Source of the DNA: an uncultured delta proteobacterium | Lineage (GTDB): Bacteria > Desulfobacterota > RBG-13-43-22 | Direction: 5' to 3' | DNA length: 64,000 bases | NCBI GenBank assembly: GCA_963790475.1 | Contig: CAWBOS010000010.1 | Coordinates: forward strand, 1,344,001 to 1,408,000 | Translations under genes and position numbers: made by a program | Part shown: in pieces, positions 21,422 through 31,567 of the stretch | How positions within the stretch are numbered: position 1 is the stretch's first letter | How the letters are laid out: every line of letters starts with the position of its first letter | The notes under the pieces: model-generated | Told to the model about the DNA's origin: nothing | The model's input: the letters and a program-made list of their open reading frames with translations, nothing else | Databases searched by the model: none

Positions 21422-21581
21422 AACTCGAACCTGTTAAAAGGACTCTATTTTCTAAAAATACCGTCTTCCCCTTCGTAAAATACAATAAAGGCCCTATTTA
21501 TTTAACGGGCCATTTATGATTAAAATTTCTGGTATTAATCGGATTAGTCATCTTAATACCCAAAATGAAAGGAGAACAACC

Positions 21582-21992
21582 ATGAAGGAAAGAAGAGATT
21601 TTTTGAAAGGGTCACTGATCGTTGCCGGCGCGGCGGTCCTGGGAAATGCGATTCAGGTACAGGCAGCAACCATGTTCCCCAAAGGGCTCATTTACACCAA
21701 AGAGTCCACTGGACGTTGGGCCGGCAAGGAAGGGGCCCATGTACCGGTGGCCACTGTGAAGGGGAGAATGGTTTCCGTGAAAACCCCCCATCCCATGACC
21801 AAAGAACATTATATTGTCAAGCATACCCTCGTGACTGCTGAAGGCAAATTTTTGGGGGAAAAGACGTTTACTAACACCGATGCCGCCCCCCCCGAGTCCT
21901 CATACACGCTCCCGGAAGGATTGAAGGGTACTCTCTGGGCCACAAGCTTTTGTAATATTCATGATTTTTGGGTCACTGAATTCACGGTGTGA
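21582..21992 (+). CDS. Tat-exported superoxide reductase (desulfoferrodoxin Fe-binding domain)
   Basis: RRDFLK twin-arginine signal. Ligand motifs HVP, HPMTKEHYI and CNIH. SD aggaga. Confidence 0.8.
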   Translation: MKERRDFLKGSLIVAGAAVLGNAIQVQAATMFPKGLIYTKESTGRWAGKEGAHVPVATVKGRMVSVKTPHPMTKEHYIVKHTLVTAEGKFLGEKTFTNTDAAPPESSYTLPEGLKGTLWATSFCNIHDFWVTEFTV

Positions 21993-22129
21993 GCAGCCAG
22001 GTTTCTCATATTCAAAGGCTTATATTCGGGGCCATAGTGCCAATGGGCCTCTTGCCAAAGTCCATTCTTTTTAAAATGGTTTAGTCCCGCCAAAGGCGGA
22101 ATCGCCTGACAATAGGCTGGAATCAATAG

Positions 22130-22158
22130 AGGTCAGCCCCTCCCAGCGGGGCTGACCT
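22130..22158. terminator. Perfect 11-bp hairpin, possible terminator
   Basis: AGGTCAGCCCC-N7-GGGGCTGACCT. Confidence 0.45.
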
Positions 22159-22214
22159 ATTAAATAAGAAATCCATATAACCAATCTTCTGAATGTGACA
22201 GGGAGGTATTCCTG

Positions 22215-23159
22215 ATGAAGGTTATTGACCTTGAACTGGACCTGCCCCCGGATGCCGAACAACTGGTTTCCCGGTTAAAAGACTATCTCTTCCATTCCAC
22301 GAAAAAGGGCATGGCCAACTACGGCAACGTTTTCGGGGTCCAAAGGGCACGCGCTTTGGATTTCACGCCGGAAGAGATCAAAAATTTAAAAAAAGAAAAG
22401 TCCCCGGCGAAAATAGAAAGGGTGTTGAAGCAAAGGGCCAAGAAAGCCCTAATGACTCTCCCTCGATTTGTGGAACAGATGGATGAAGCGGGAATCGAAT
22501 GGGGTGCGGTTTTTGCCGGCGATTCCGATAAGACCGCAGCGGTGGTTTCCCAATTTCCCGATCGATTCATAGGGACAGCCAACATTAATCCTCTGGAGGG
22601 CATGAAGGCCGTCCGGGAACTGGAAAGAGCGGTTAAAGAGCTGGGAATCAAATGTTTTTACGCCAGTCCTTTCCGGTACGGGATCCGGGCCAACGATCGT
22701 CGGTTCTATCCTCTTTATGCCAAAGCCGTTGAATTGAATATCCCGGTTTTTATTTATACGACCATGACCTATCGCACGGACCTGCCTATGGACATCGGAC
22801 GGCCGTTATATGTGGACGACGTGGCCATGGACTTCCCCGAAATGCGGATTGTCGCCGGGCTGGGGGGCTGGCCCTGGGTACCGGAACTTATCGGGCTGGC
22901 GCGAAGGCACCAGAATCTGTATATCAGCACGGCGGGTCACCGTCCGAAATATCTGAGTACTCCCGGATCGGGTTGGGAGATGCTCATGCAGTTTGGCAAC
23001 ACTTTGCTTCAAGACAAGATTGTCTTTGCCTCGTCCTGGTTTACCTTTGCCCTGCCTATCAAACAGGTAGTCGAAGAAATGCTGGCCCTGCCACTCAAGG
23101 ACTCCGTCAAAGAAAAATGGATGTATAAAAATGCCCGAAGACTTTTCGGACTGGACTAA
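22215..23159 (+). CDS. Amidohydrolase_2-family protein
   Basis: AVRELERAV, YPLYAKAVELNIPV, DFPEMRIV..GGWPW and FGNTLLQDKIVFAS. Confidence 0.8.
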   Translation: MKVIDLELDLPPDAEQLVSRLKDYLFHSTKKGMANYGNVFGVQRARALDFTPEEIKNLKKEKSPAKIERVLKQRAKKALMTLPRFVEQMDEAGIEWGAVFAGDSDKTAAVVSQFPDRFIGTANINPLEGMKAVRELERAVKELGIKCFYASPFRYGIRANDRRFYPLYAKAVELNIPVFIYTTMTYRTDLPMDIGRPLYVDDVAMDFPEMRIVAGLGGWPWVPELIGLARRHQNLYISTAGHRPKYLSTPGSGWEMLMQFGNTLLQDKIVFASSWFTFALPIKQVVEEMLALPLKDSVKEKWMYKNARRLFGLD

Positions 23160-23207
23160 TGATTAGAGAGGGGTCGGGCCCATGAATGTTCCATTAAAAG
23201 GTTTTTT

Positions 23208-25108
23208 TCAGGCCCTCTTCTCGAGCTCTTCCCACCGCTGATAGGCGGTCTCTATGGCCTGCTCCAACTCACTCAGTTTGGCTTTGATCCGGTCCATCTC
23301 CTCCTTTTCTTTCTTGTAAAACAGAGGATCGGACCAGATTTCATAGAGCCCTTGCCGCTCTGATTCAAGGAGGTTGATTTGTTGGGGGAGTTCTTCCAAT
23401 TCTCTTCTTTCCTTGTAGCCCAGCTTCTGAACACCTTGGGATTTGGGCCTTTCCACCTTTTTCCCGGGATCTTTTTTCTTAGTCCGGGGTCCTTCCGCTG
23501 TTTGGGATCTTTGAATCAGCCAATCGTCATATCCTCCGGCGTATTGAATGACCCGTCCCTGTCCTTCAAAGGCCATGGTACTGGTCACTACATTGTTTAA
23601 GAAGGTCCGATCATGGCTGACCAGCAACAGGGTCCCCTGATAGTCGAAGAGAAGTTCTTCCAAGAGCTCCAGGGTTTCCAAATCCAGATCGTTGGTGGGT
23701 TCATCCAGAACCAGGACATTGGCCGGCCGGGCAAAAAGCTTGGCCAGCATCAGTCGGTTCTTTTCCCCCCGGAAAGAACTTTAACCGGTGTCCGGCTTTT
23801 TTCGGGTGAGAAGAGAAAATCCTGAAGATAGCCTATGAGGTGTCGGTTCTGCCCGTTTTGGATAATGAAGTCATTTCCCTCTCCGACATTTTCCAGGACT
23901 GTTTTCTCTTCATCAAGCTGGATGCGGAGTTGGTCAAAATAGGCGATCTGAAGGTGGACCCCGTGACCAACCTTGCCGGTCCGGGGCGGGATGCTTTTTA
24001 ACAGGATGTTCAATAAGGTGGTCTTGCCGCAACCGTTCGGCCCGATGATTCCAACCTTGTCCCCCCGCAGGACGATGGTAGAAAAATCCTGGATTACCTG
24101 AGTTTCCCCGAAAGCAAAGGAAATCTTTTCCGCTTCGATAACCAATTTTCCGGTTCTTTCGGCCTCCTGAATCTGCAGTTTCACATTAAGGTTTTTTTTG
24201 CGGCGTGTTCGGAAGGCTTCACGCATTTTGATCAAGGCGGTGACTCGGCCTTCGTTCCTGGTTCTGCGGGCCTTGATGCCTTGTCTGATCCAGGCCTCTT
24301 CCTGAGAGAGTTTTTTATCAAACAAATCGTTTTGGTTTTCTTCGGCTTCCAGGGAGTCCCGTCTTCGTTTCAAAAAAGTTTCGTAATCACAGGAATAGGA
24401 AAAAAGGCTTCCCCGATCGAGCTCCAAAATCCTGGTGGTCAGTTTTTTAAGAAAAGCACGGTCATGAGTGACAAAAAGCAGGGTCTTAACATAGCGGGAA
24501 ACAAAGGTCTCCAGCCAGAGGATGGATTCGATATCCAAATGATTCGTCGGCTCATCCAACAGAAGGATATCGGGTTCGGCAACCATGGTACGGGCAAAAA
24601 GGGTGCGTCGTTTCATCCCCGCCGAAAGATTCGAGAACTCAACCCCCGAAGGAAGCTGGGTTCGGGACAAAATGGTTTCCACCTTTTTTACCAGGGTCCA
24701 CCAATCTTCGGAATCCAAAGGGTGCGGTTGATCGGCTTTCAGAAGGGTAGATGGATTGGCAGGATCTAATCCTCTCTGCTCCTCTTTGGTGTCGATGTTC
24801 CGGTGATAATCAATCAGGGCCTTTCTTTTGGGGCCAAGGCCTCCGGCTACCACATCAAAAATCGATCCTTCAAAATCAGAAGAGACATCCTGGGACAGAT
24901 AAGTTACGGTGACGCCTTGCTGCCGCCAGACTAAACCTCTATCGGGCAGGATCTCCCCCTGTAAAAGTCTCAGCAGAGTGGATTTACCTGCTCCGTTACG
25001 GCCCAGAAGACCTACCCGTTCCCCCTTTTCGATCTGAAAGGTAATATTTTCCAGCAAGGGGGGATCAGAAAACCCCCAGCATAAATCCCGCGTGCCGATA
25101 AGTGCCAT
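23208..25108 (-). CDS. uup: ABC-F ATPase Uup, one frameshift at about 23765
   Basis: Two ABC domains. WIRQGIKARRTRNEGRV and LDEPTNDLD motifs. LSGG(E)KNRLML is broken at a G6A4 run. Confidence 0.9.
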
Positions 25109-25186
25109 AAATCAATCCTCAAACGAATTTTATCACCGGCTCTGAACCAAAATAAATCTTTTCTATAGTTATTAAGGGTCTCATGA

Positions 25187-25340
25187 GACGGCTTAGTCAA
25201 AAGTCGCCGGAATCCCATTTCCTCATTCCGGTAACGCATCAAGTGCGGGATAGACTCCAGCCGGAATCCAGTATTGTTAAGGAGTTGAAAATTTCTGGAC
25301 CCCGGTTTTCACCGGGGCGACGACTTTTTACGATCTTATC
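25187..25340. mobile_element. MITE-like element with 6-bp target duplication
   Basis: Ends gacggcttagtcaaaagtcg / cgactttttacgatcttatc. Flanks TCATGA / TCACGA. Core shared with 48667-48799. Confidence 0.65.
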
Positions 25341-25480
25341 TCACGATAGTCTTGATAGGAAAATGGTATGCTCAAATTCAATGGGACCGGGGGGTCCCGG
25401 GCATCAGAATTTAACAGATATTGTCTTGAGACCCTTAATAAGTTACCATTCGGAGATTGATCTTTATCGAGCTTTGAGGT

Positions 25481-25873
25481 CTAACTTCGTTCCACAAATT
25501 CTACAATATTCCCATCCGGGTCTTTGACCATGGCAATGCGCACACCGGGCCTGATCTCTCTCTCCGTGACCGTAAATTCTACTCCGTTTTTTTTCAGATC
25601 CTCACAAAGCTGAGAAAGATTCTCGATCACGAAGGTCACATAACGATATCCCAATTGTTTTTCCAGGCCGATGGCGCCGCCGGGCAGCACTGTCTTTGGT
25701 TCGATCAGTTTGAAGTCGCTTTCGCCGAAGCGGAGCCGGTGCATAGTCCCGAACCCTAAGGGCATCGTTCCCACAAACTCCAGCCCCAACAGGTTCTGAT
25801 AAAAATTGAGACTGGCCTTGATGTCGCTGACGATCACACCGAGATCTAATGAATTCTTGGCTGGTTTCATCAT
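25481..25873 (-). CDS. VOC/glyoxalase family protein
   Basis: GVIVSDIKASLNFYQNLLGL and DPDGNIVEFVE motifs. Confidence 0.85.
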   Translation of the reverse strand: MMKPAKNSLDLGVIVSDIKASLNFYQNLLGLEFVGTMPLGFGTMHRLRFGESDFKLIEPKTVLPGGAIGLEKQLGYRYVTFVIENLSQLCEDLKKNGVEFTVTEREIRPGVRIAMVKDPDGNIVEFVERS

Positions 25874-25918
25874 TTTTATTTATTCCTTTGCAATGTTGTC
25901 CTTATTTTTCTCTATCCC

Positions 25919-27004
25919 TTAGCCATTTTTCTCTTTGACCATAAGGGGCGCTTTACCTTTGGCTTCCAAAATACTGCTTCCCAGATCGCCCACATTATTA
26001 AATGGTTTCGGTCTGCCTTCCGCGGGAAGAAGATGAATCGCTTCAGTCGGGCAGGTTGTCGCGCAAAGCCCGCACCCCAGGCATTTTTCCCGATCGACCC
26101 GGGCCTTTTCCCCCACTTCGATGGCCCCCACCGGACAGCGATCAAGGCAGACTTCGCAGGCGGTACATTCTTCTTCATCGACCACGGCCTCAAAAACGGC
26201 ATTAAAGTGCCTTTGTCTATAACTCCCCCATTTGGTAATGGCCTTTAAGGCGGCACAGCAGCATGGGCAACAGTTACAGATATTCGACAGATGCACAGAG
26301 TTGGCCCCGGCATGAACCAGCCCGGATTTATCCGCTTCATCCAGGATGCTAATAGCCTCATCGGCCGTTATCTCGCGCCCCAGTCCGGAATCGATATAAT
26401 ATTCCGCGGCCACACCGAAACTAAGACAGCTTTCCCTGGGGTGATGGCAACCCTCGCCCAACAGGTCCGCCTCTTTGCGGCACACGCAATCCGCTACCGC
26501 GATTTTTCTGGCCGCCCGCACACTTTCCTCAAGCCGTTGGTAGGGAAGAAGGACCTTTTGAGTATCGATATTCTTCTCCATGGGAATCACCTTGAATCCG
26601 GGGATATTATGGTTCCCAAGTTCTTTGATATAGGCGGCCTCGTAATATTCCTTAAAAAGGGCGGCCAGTTCTCGGTCGATTTTCTTTACCGAATATTCGT
26701 AAAGCCCGATCATAAAGGGGGCCGCCCGGTAAAAGGGGATGCCTTGTCTTCGGAAACGAAAGATCAGTCCTTTCTCGGCCATGGCATCCAATCGCTTTCC
26801 CAGATTATCGGCCTTCATATCCAGGCGGTCGGCGATCTTCACCAGTTCCTCCGGCAAGGTCGACAGCCTGACCGTAAGCCTGGCCTCCTCCTCGGTGAAA
26901 AGCCGCTTTAGGATCTTAATCTCAACCCCTGATTCCGTTTTTAAAAACCCTCTGGGGAATTGGTGCAGAAAATCGCGTAACACCTCATAATCGTTCTCAG
27001 GCAT
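25919..27004 (-). CDS. 4Fe-4S binding protein with N-terminal HTH-like region
   Basis: CVCR, ICNCCPCCC and two CxxCxxCxxxCP motifs. Confidence 0.85.
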   Translation of the reverse strand: MPENDYEVLRDFLHQFPRGFLKTESGVEIKILKRLFTEEEARLTVRLSTLPEELVKIADRLDMKADNLGKRLDAMAEKGLIFRFRRQGIPFYRAAPFMIGLYEYSVKKIDRELAALFKEYYEAAYIKELGNHNIPGFKVIPMEKNIDTQKVLLPYQRLEESVRAARKIAVADCVCRKEADLLGEGCHHPRESCLSFGVAAEYYIDSGLGREITADEAISILDEADKSGLVHAGANSVHLSNICNCCPCCCAALKAITKWGSYRQRHFNAVFEAVVDEEECTACEVCLDRCPVGAIEVGEKARVDREKCLGCGLCATTCPTEAIHLLPAEGRPKPFNNVGDLGSSILEAKGKAPLMVKEKNG

Positions 27005-27095
27005 GATTAAAACCTCCCTAAGCAAATTGAAGAAATTATTTCCATGATCTAAATGGGAGCCAATAAACTGATTAATCCCTTAACAGGCTGTTGAG

Positions 27096-28079
27096 CTAAA
27101 GGCCTTTAGGATCGGCCTCATTCAGTAAGGGTTGTCCTTTCAGATAGCGGCTGAGATTTTCCAGAAAAAGCCTATCCCCCCTGAAGTGGGTACCGCTTCC
27201 GGCGTTTGAGGAATGGGGCGTGATAATGACATGGTCCATATCCCACAGAGGACTGTCTGATTCCAAGGGTTCCGGTTCGAATACATCGAGAACCGCCCAG
27301 GCCGGCGTGCCTGCCTGGAGCGCTTCGATCATATCCTTTTGATTGACCAGTTTACCTCGGGCAATATTGACAAAAGTGGCGTTCTTCTTCATCTTTTGAA
27401 AAAAGGCCCGGTTGGCGAGTTCCCGGGTTTCATTGTTCAGGGCACAGGCCAGGACTACCACATCGGCCTGCGGCAAATATTCTGAAAGGCGGTCCAGGGT
27501 GATCACGGTATCGGCCAGGGGATGCTGATTGGCTGACCGTCTTACGCCGACCACCTCGCAATCAAAGGCCCTTAGCCGTTTGGCTATCTCCTGACCGATA
27601 TTCCCGAACCCGATGATCAGCCATTTGGTATGCCAAAGTTCCCGAAAACCGGTTACCTTCCAGGTATGGACCGCCTGGTGTCGTTTTCGATCAAAGACCC
27701 CCTGATACTGCATCATCACATTGGCCAAAACATATTCCGCAATAGCAATGGCCTGGGCATTACTCCTGGTCACCCGGATACCTTTTCGCATCATTTCTCC
27801 ATAAAAAGGAAAATCCAGGCCGGCCATAAAGGTCTGAAGCCATTTAACGGTTCCCCCCTCCAGAACAAGCCGGACAAATTTCTCCATGACTCCGGAGAAA
27901 AGAATTTCCATATTCAGCCAGGCAAAGTCGGGTTTTAAGGTCGTAGGGTCGATCTTTTCATTCTCGGCCGACAGGCGGCCTTCAGCGCCTATCAACAGGG
28001 CTTCGAGATCAGGACTTATGCTCTTAATTTCCTTTTTAAGGCGCTGGTAAGACTTTTCTTCAATCAATAACGTGGTCAC
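27096..28079 (-). CDS. D-2-hydroxyacid dehydrogenase
   Basis: GFGNIG, VNIARG, LDVFEPEPL and ITPH motifs. Confidence 0.9.
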   Translation of the reverse strand: MTTLLIEEKSYQRLKKEIKSISPDLEALLIGAEGRLSAENEKIDPTTLKPDFAWLNMEILFSGVMEKFVRLVLEGGTVKWLQTFMAGLDFPFYGEMMRKGIRVTRSNAQAIAIAEYVLANVMMQYQGVFDRKRHQAVHTWKVTGFRELWHTKWLIIGFGNIGQEIAKRLRAFDCEVVGVRRSANQHPLADTVITLDRLSEYLPQADVVVLACALNNETRELANRAFFQKMKKNATFVNIARGKLVNQKDMIEALQAGTPAWAVLDVFEPEPLESDSPLWDMDHVIITPHSSNAGSGTHFRGDRLFLENLSRYLKGQPLLNEADPKGL

Positions 28080-28322
28080 TCGGGCCTCCTTGTTTTATTA
28101 AACTTATTTTTTCATATCTATTGAGCTTTTTAAAATTCAAAACCTTTTTTGATCAGATAAAACACTTCCCTAATCTGCTCTGTCCTGGGCGGGAAAAAAC
28201 TTTGACCAACCTCTTCATCTGAATTGGTTCATTACCCTTGGCGGGAAGTTGAATGAGGATGAACTATTCTAACCCTAACCAACGGTTCAAGTCAATCCCA
28301 AAGGGAGACGACGAGTTTCTTC

Positions 28323-28351
28323 TTGACCCCACTGGTAGCCTTTTTTATAAT
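28323..28351 (+). promoter_or_regulatory. Sigma70 promoter
   Basis: TTGACC-17-TATAAT upstream of the cytochrome c gene. Confidence 0.7.
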
Positions 28352-28413
28352 AGTCTGACTTTTGCTAAACCCGAAGATTCCCGGCAGTCCGCTGCTATTG
28401 GATGGAGGTAGTA

Positions 28414-29142
28414 ATGTCGATCCCCTTTATTAAATCTCTGCTCTCGGTGCTCCTTCTCCTCTCCGCTTTGTTGGCCCTTTTTACCATGTTCGAAATTTAT
28501 GGGCGTACGGAGAAGAAGTACAACGTAACCAAGCTGCAGAAGGTTCATAGGGTCAATGGGTTTTTCTTTCTTCTTCTCTTTATGATCATCTCCTTTTTAT
28601 GTCTCCGTTACTTTTTATATGCCCAACCCGACCTTGCACCCCGAGGCGCGCTCCATACGGTGATTTCTCTGGCCCTCTTTTCCCTTCTTTGCTTCAAAGT
28701 CTTCGTGGCCTCCGGTTATAAAGGGTTCTATGGTAAAATGCCCGTTGCCGGTCTTTGGATTGCCCTGCTTACCTTTGTTCTTTTTGGCACCTCGGGCGGC
28801 TATTACCTCCTGGCCGAGGTCATGGGCAAGGAAAAGGGGCCGGAGCCAGCGATCCAGCGGGGGGAAATCCCTCTGCTGACGGACCCCAAGAGCATTGCTA
28901 CCGGACAGGCCCTTTTTTCCCATTTGTGCAAAAGCTGTCACTATTCCAACCGGACCGACACGATCATCGGACCCGGTTTGAAGGGTCTGCTCAAAGGGCC
29001 ACGGCTGCCGGTCAGCGGAAGACCGGCGACCGCCGAGCACGTCTTTAATCAACTTCGAAAACCTTTTAAGGATATGCCTTCATTCAAATATCTCCCTGAT
29101 GAAGAGGTCTTTGAGATCATCGCCTATTTAAACACCCTCTGA
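28414..29142 (+). CDS. Membrane-anchored monoheme cytochrome c (4 TM helices + class I cytochrome c)
   Basis: Hydrophobic N-half with His residues, CKSCH, GPGLKGL and a distal MP. Confidence 0.8.
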   Translation: MSIPFIKSLLSVLLLLSALLALFTMFEIYGRTEKKYNVTKLQKVHRVNGFFFLLLFMIISFLCLRYFLYAQPDLAPRGALHTVISLALFSLLCFKVFVASGYKGFYGKMPVAGLWIALLTFVLFGTSGGYYLLAEVMGKEKGPEPAIQRGEIPLLTDPKSIATGQALFSHLCKSCHYSNRTDTIIGPGLKGLLKGPRLPVSGRPATAEHVFNQLRKPFKDMPSFKYLPDEEVFEIIAYLNTL

Positions 29143-29171
29143 GCCGAACCGGAACTTAAAGGAGAACTTTT

Positions 29172-31241
29172 ATGCCCCGAGACATACCCATTGGCAATGG
29201 CAGCCTGCTGATCACCTTCGACGAGGATTACGGCCTGCGAGATATTTATTATCCTCATGTGGGCAAGGAAAATCATAGCGACGGGCATAAGTTCAGGATG
29301 GGGGTCTGGGCCGAAGGGAAATTGTGGTGGATCGACAAAAGCTGGGACCTCCTTCTGGATTACGCCCCTGACACCCTCTCCACGCAGGTAACCGCCGGCA
29401 ACCAGTCCTTGGGGGCTTTTTTGGAGTGCAGCGATTTGGTGGACTACCGGGAGAACATCTATTTAAAGAAAGTCCTCATTAAAAACCAAGCCGACCGGGA
29501 AAGGGAATTCCGGCTCTTTTTTCATCAGGATTCTTATATCCTGGAATCTCCCAGCGGTGACACCGCCTATTATGATCCGGATGAAAAGGCCATCATCCAT
29601 TACAAGGGCAATCGTTATTTGCTTATCAGCGGTATCCGCGGCGGACAGCACGGCCTCGACCAGTATGCCACCGGGGTCAAGGAATTCCATGGTCTGGAGG
29701 GGACCTTCAGAGATGCCGAAGACGGCTTACTCCAGGGAAACCCCATTGCCCAAGGCTCGGTGGACTCGACCCTGTCTTTCTGGGTGACCATCGGGCCTCA
29801 TGAGGAGCAGTTGATCTATTACTGGATCGTGGCCGGAAGAGATTACGCCGAGGTCAGCCAACTGAATAAGATGGTCCTGGGTCATGGGCCGGAACACTTC
29901 GCCGGGCGGACCCGGAATTATTGGCAGGCCTGGTTGAATACCCGGGAACGGGATTTTGCCGACCTGCCGGCCGAGGTAACCGACCTCTTCAACAAGTCTC
30001 TCCTCATACTCAGTACCAACCTCGACTCCGGCGGGGCCATCGTGTCCGCCAACGACACAGACATTCAGCACTTCGCCCGGGACTCCTACAGTTATATGTG
30101 GCCCCGGGACGGGGCCTTCGCCGCCTATGCCCTGGATATGGCCGGCTACCTGGGACCCACCCGGACCTTTTTCGACTTCTGCCTGGATATCATCAACGAA
30201 GGCAAGGAGTCCATGGGCTTTTTTCTCCACAAATATCATCCGGACGGGTGTCTGGGAAGCTCCTGGCATCCCTGGCAAACCGACGGCCAGAAAAGGCTGC
30301 CCATTCAGGAAGACGGCACCGGGCTGATGCTTTGGGCCCTTTGGTTCCATTTCAATAGATTCCGTGAGATCGAATTCGCCGCCCACCAATACGAACACCT
30401 GGTGATACGCTGCGGAGACTTTCTGGCTTCCTACCGGGACAACGACACCGGCCTGCCCTTGCCTTCCTATGACCTGTGGGAGGAAAAATGGGGTGTCCAC
30501 ACTTTTACCGTCTCCGCTGTCTTCGCCGGACTGAAAGCCGCTGAGAATTTTAGCCGATTTTTCGGAAACACCAAAAGGGAACGGATCTATGGCCGGGCGG
30601 CCGCGGAGGTAAAGGCCGCCATGGAGGAACATCTGTTTCATAAAGAACAGAATCGGTTTCTGAAGAGCGTTCTTCCCCGCGAAGACGGTTCCTGGGAGAG
30701 TGATGCCACGGTGGATGCCAGCATTTATGCCCCTTTTTACTTCGGTCTTTTTCCCCCCGATGACCGACGGGTTGTCAGCACCATGCAGGCCATCCAGGAT
30801 CGTCTCCAGGTCAAGACCGAGGTGGGGGGATATGCCCGTTATGAAGGGGACGGCTACTTTCGGGCCTCCGAGGATTTGGCCCAGGTCCCGGGCAATCCCT
30901 GGCTTATCTGTACCCTCTGGCTGGCCCAGTGGCATATCGCCAAGGCCAGGACCCGAGCCGAACTGGCCGAGGCCCTGCCCTTCTTGGAATGGGTGAGCCG
31001 GCGGGCCAGGCCTTCCGGGGTCCTGGCCGAACAGGTTCATCCCCACACCGGGCAGCCCCTGTCGGTTTCGCCCTTAACCTGGAGCCACGCCGCCTATATC
31101 ACCACCGTGCTTGAATACATCGATAAATTTAATGGTCAAGAGGTCTGCCCTACCTGCGGCCGGTCCTTGATCCTGAACCGGGAAAATACACCATCCGCTG
31201 AAAGGAATCGAGTCCATGACCACAAAGGGGAGGCTGATTGA
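29172..31241 (+). CDS. Glycoside hydrolase family 15 (glucoamylase/trehalase-like)
   Basis: YSYMWPRDG, YDLWEE and LAEQ..SVSPLTWSHA motifs. Confidence 0.9.
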   Translation: MPRDIPIGNGSLLITFDEDYGLRDIYYPHVGKENHSDGHKFRMGVWAEGKLWWIDKSWDLLLDYAPDTLSTQVTAGNQSLGAFLECSDLVDYRENIYLKKVLIKNQADREREFRLFFHQDSYILESPSGDTAYYDPDEKAIIHYKGNRYLLISGIRGGQHGLDQYATGVKEFHGLEGTFRDAEDGLLQGNPIAQGSVDSTLSFWVTIGPHEEQLIYYWIVAGRDYAEVSQLNKMVLGHGPEHFAGRTRNYWQAWLNTRERDFADLPAEVTDLFNKSLLILSTNLDSGGAIVSANDTDIQHFARDSYSYMWPRDGAFAAYALDMAGYLGPTRTFFDFCLDIINEGKESMGFFLHKYHPDGCLGSSWHPWQTDGQKRLPIQEDGTGLMLWALWFHFNRFREIEFAAHQYEHLVIRCGDFLASYRDNDTGLPLPSYDLWEEKWGVHTFTVSAVFAGLKAAENFSRFFGNTKRERIYGRAAAEVKAAMEEHLFHKEQNRFLKSVLPREDGSWESDATVDASIYAPFYFGLFPPDDRRVVSTMQAIQDRLQVKTEVGGYARYEGDGYFRASEDLAQVPGNPWLICTLWLAQWHIAKARTRAELAEALPFLEWVSRRARPSGVLAEQVHPHTGQPLSVSPLTWSHAAYITTVLEYIDKFNGQEVCPTCGRSLILNRENTPSAERNRVHDHKGEAD

Positions 31242-31243
31242 GA

Positions 31244-31465
31244 ATGGGAAAGGTTGAAGACAGTTTTGATAACGAGATGATCTGCACCAAGTTCTGCGGC
31301 GTTTGCCCGACCTATCCGGGGGTCAAGGGGCAATTACTTTTTTGCGCCCGCGGTAAAAGCAGTTCCCCGAAGCAGAAGGCCGGATGCAACTGCGGGCTTT
31401 GCGATATCTGGAATAAATACGATCTCGCCGATTTTTATTACTGCCGCCAAGGGCCGGCCGAATGA
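31244..31465 (+). CDS. Small Cys-rich protein (DUF2769-like)
   Basis: CGVCPTY..LFCARGKS..GCNCGLC..YYC pattern. Confidence 0.7.
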   Translation: MGKVEDSFDNEMICTKFCGVCPTYPGVKGQLLFCARGKSSSPKQKAGCNCGLCDIWNKYDLADFYYCRQGPAE

Positions 31466-31567
31466 TCCGGGCACATAGAAGTCAGCGATCAGCATTCAGC
31501 TAACCCCTTAACAGTAAAGGATTTCGCTGATAACTAAAAGCTGATGGCTGATAGCTCTCATAAGGTG

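Noticed and set aside
22085-22160. Riboswitch upstream of the amidohydrolase gene
   Set aside because: Three hairpins are present but I recognise no conserved aptamer motif. A terminator or repeat is the simpler explanation.
23750-23775. Programmed -1 frameshift in uup at GGGGGGAAAAG
   Set aside because: The run is not phased as an X XXY YYZ slippery site. One missing G restores LSGGEKNRL. Similar indels in fusA, the murU/amgK-like genes and the sigma54 regulator point to assembly error.
29727-31046. 439-aa antisense ORF inside GH15
   Set aside because: Shadow of a GC3-rich coding strand, with no recognisable motifs.
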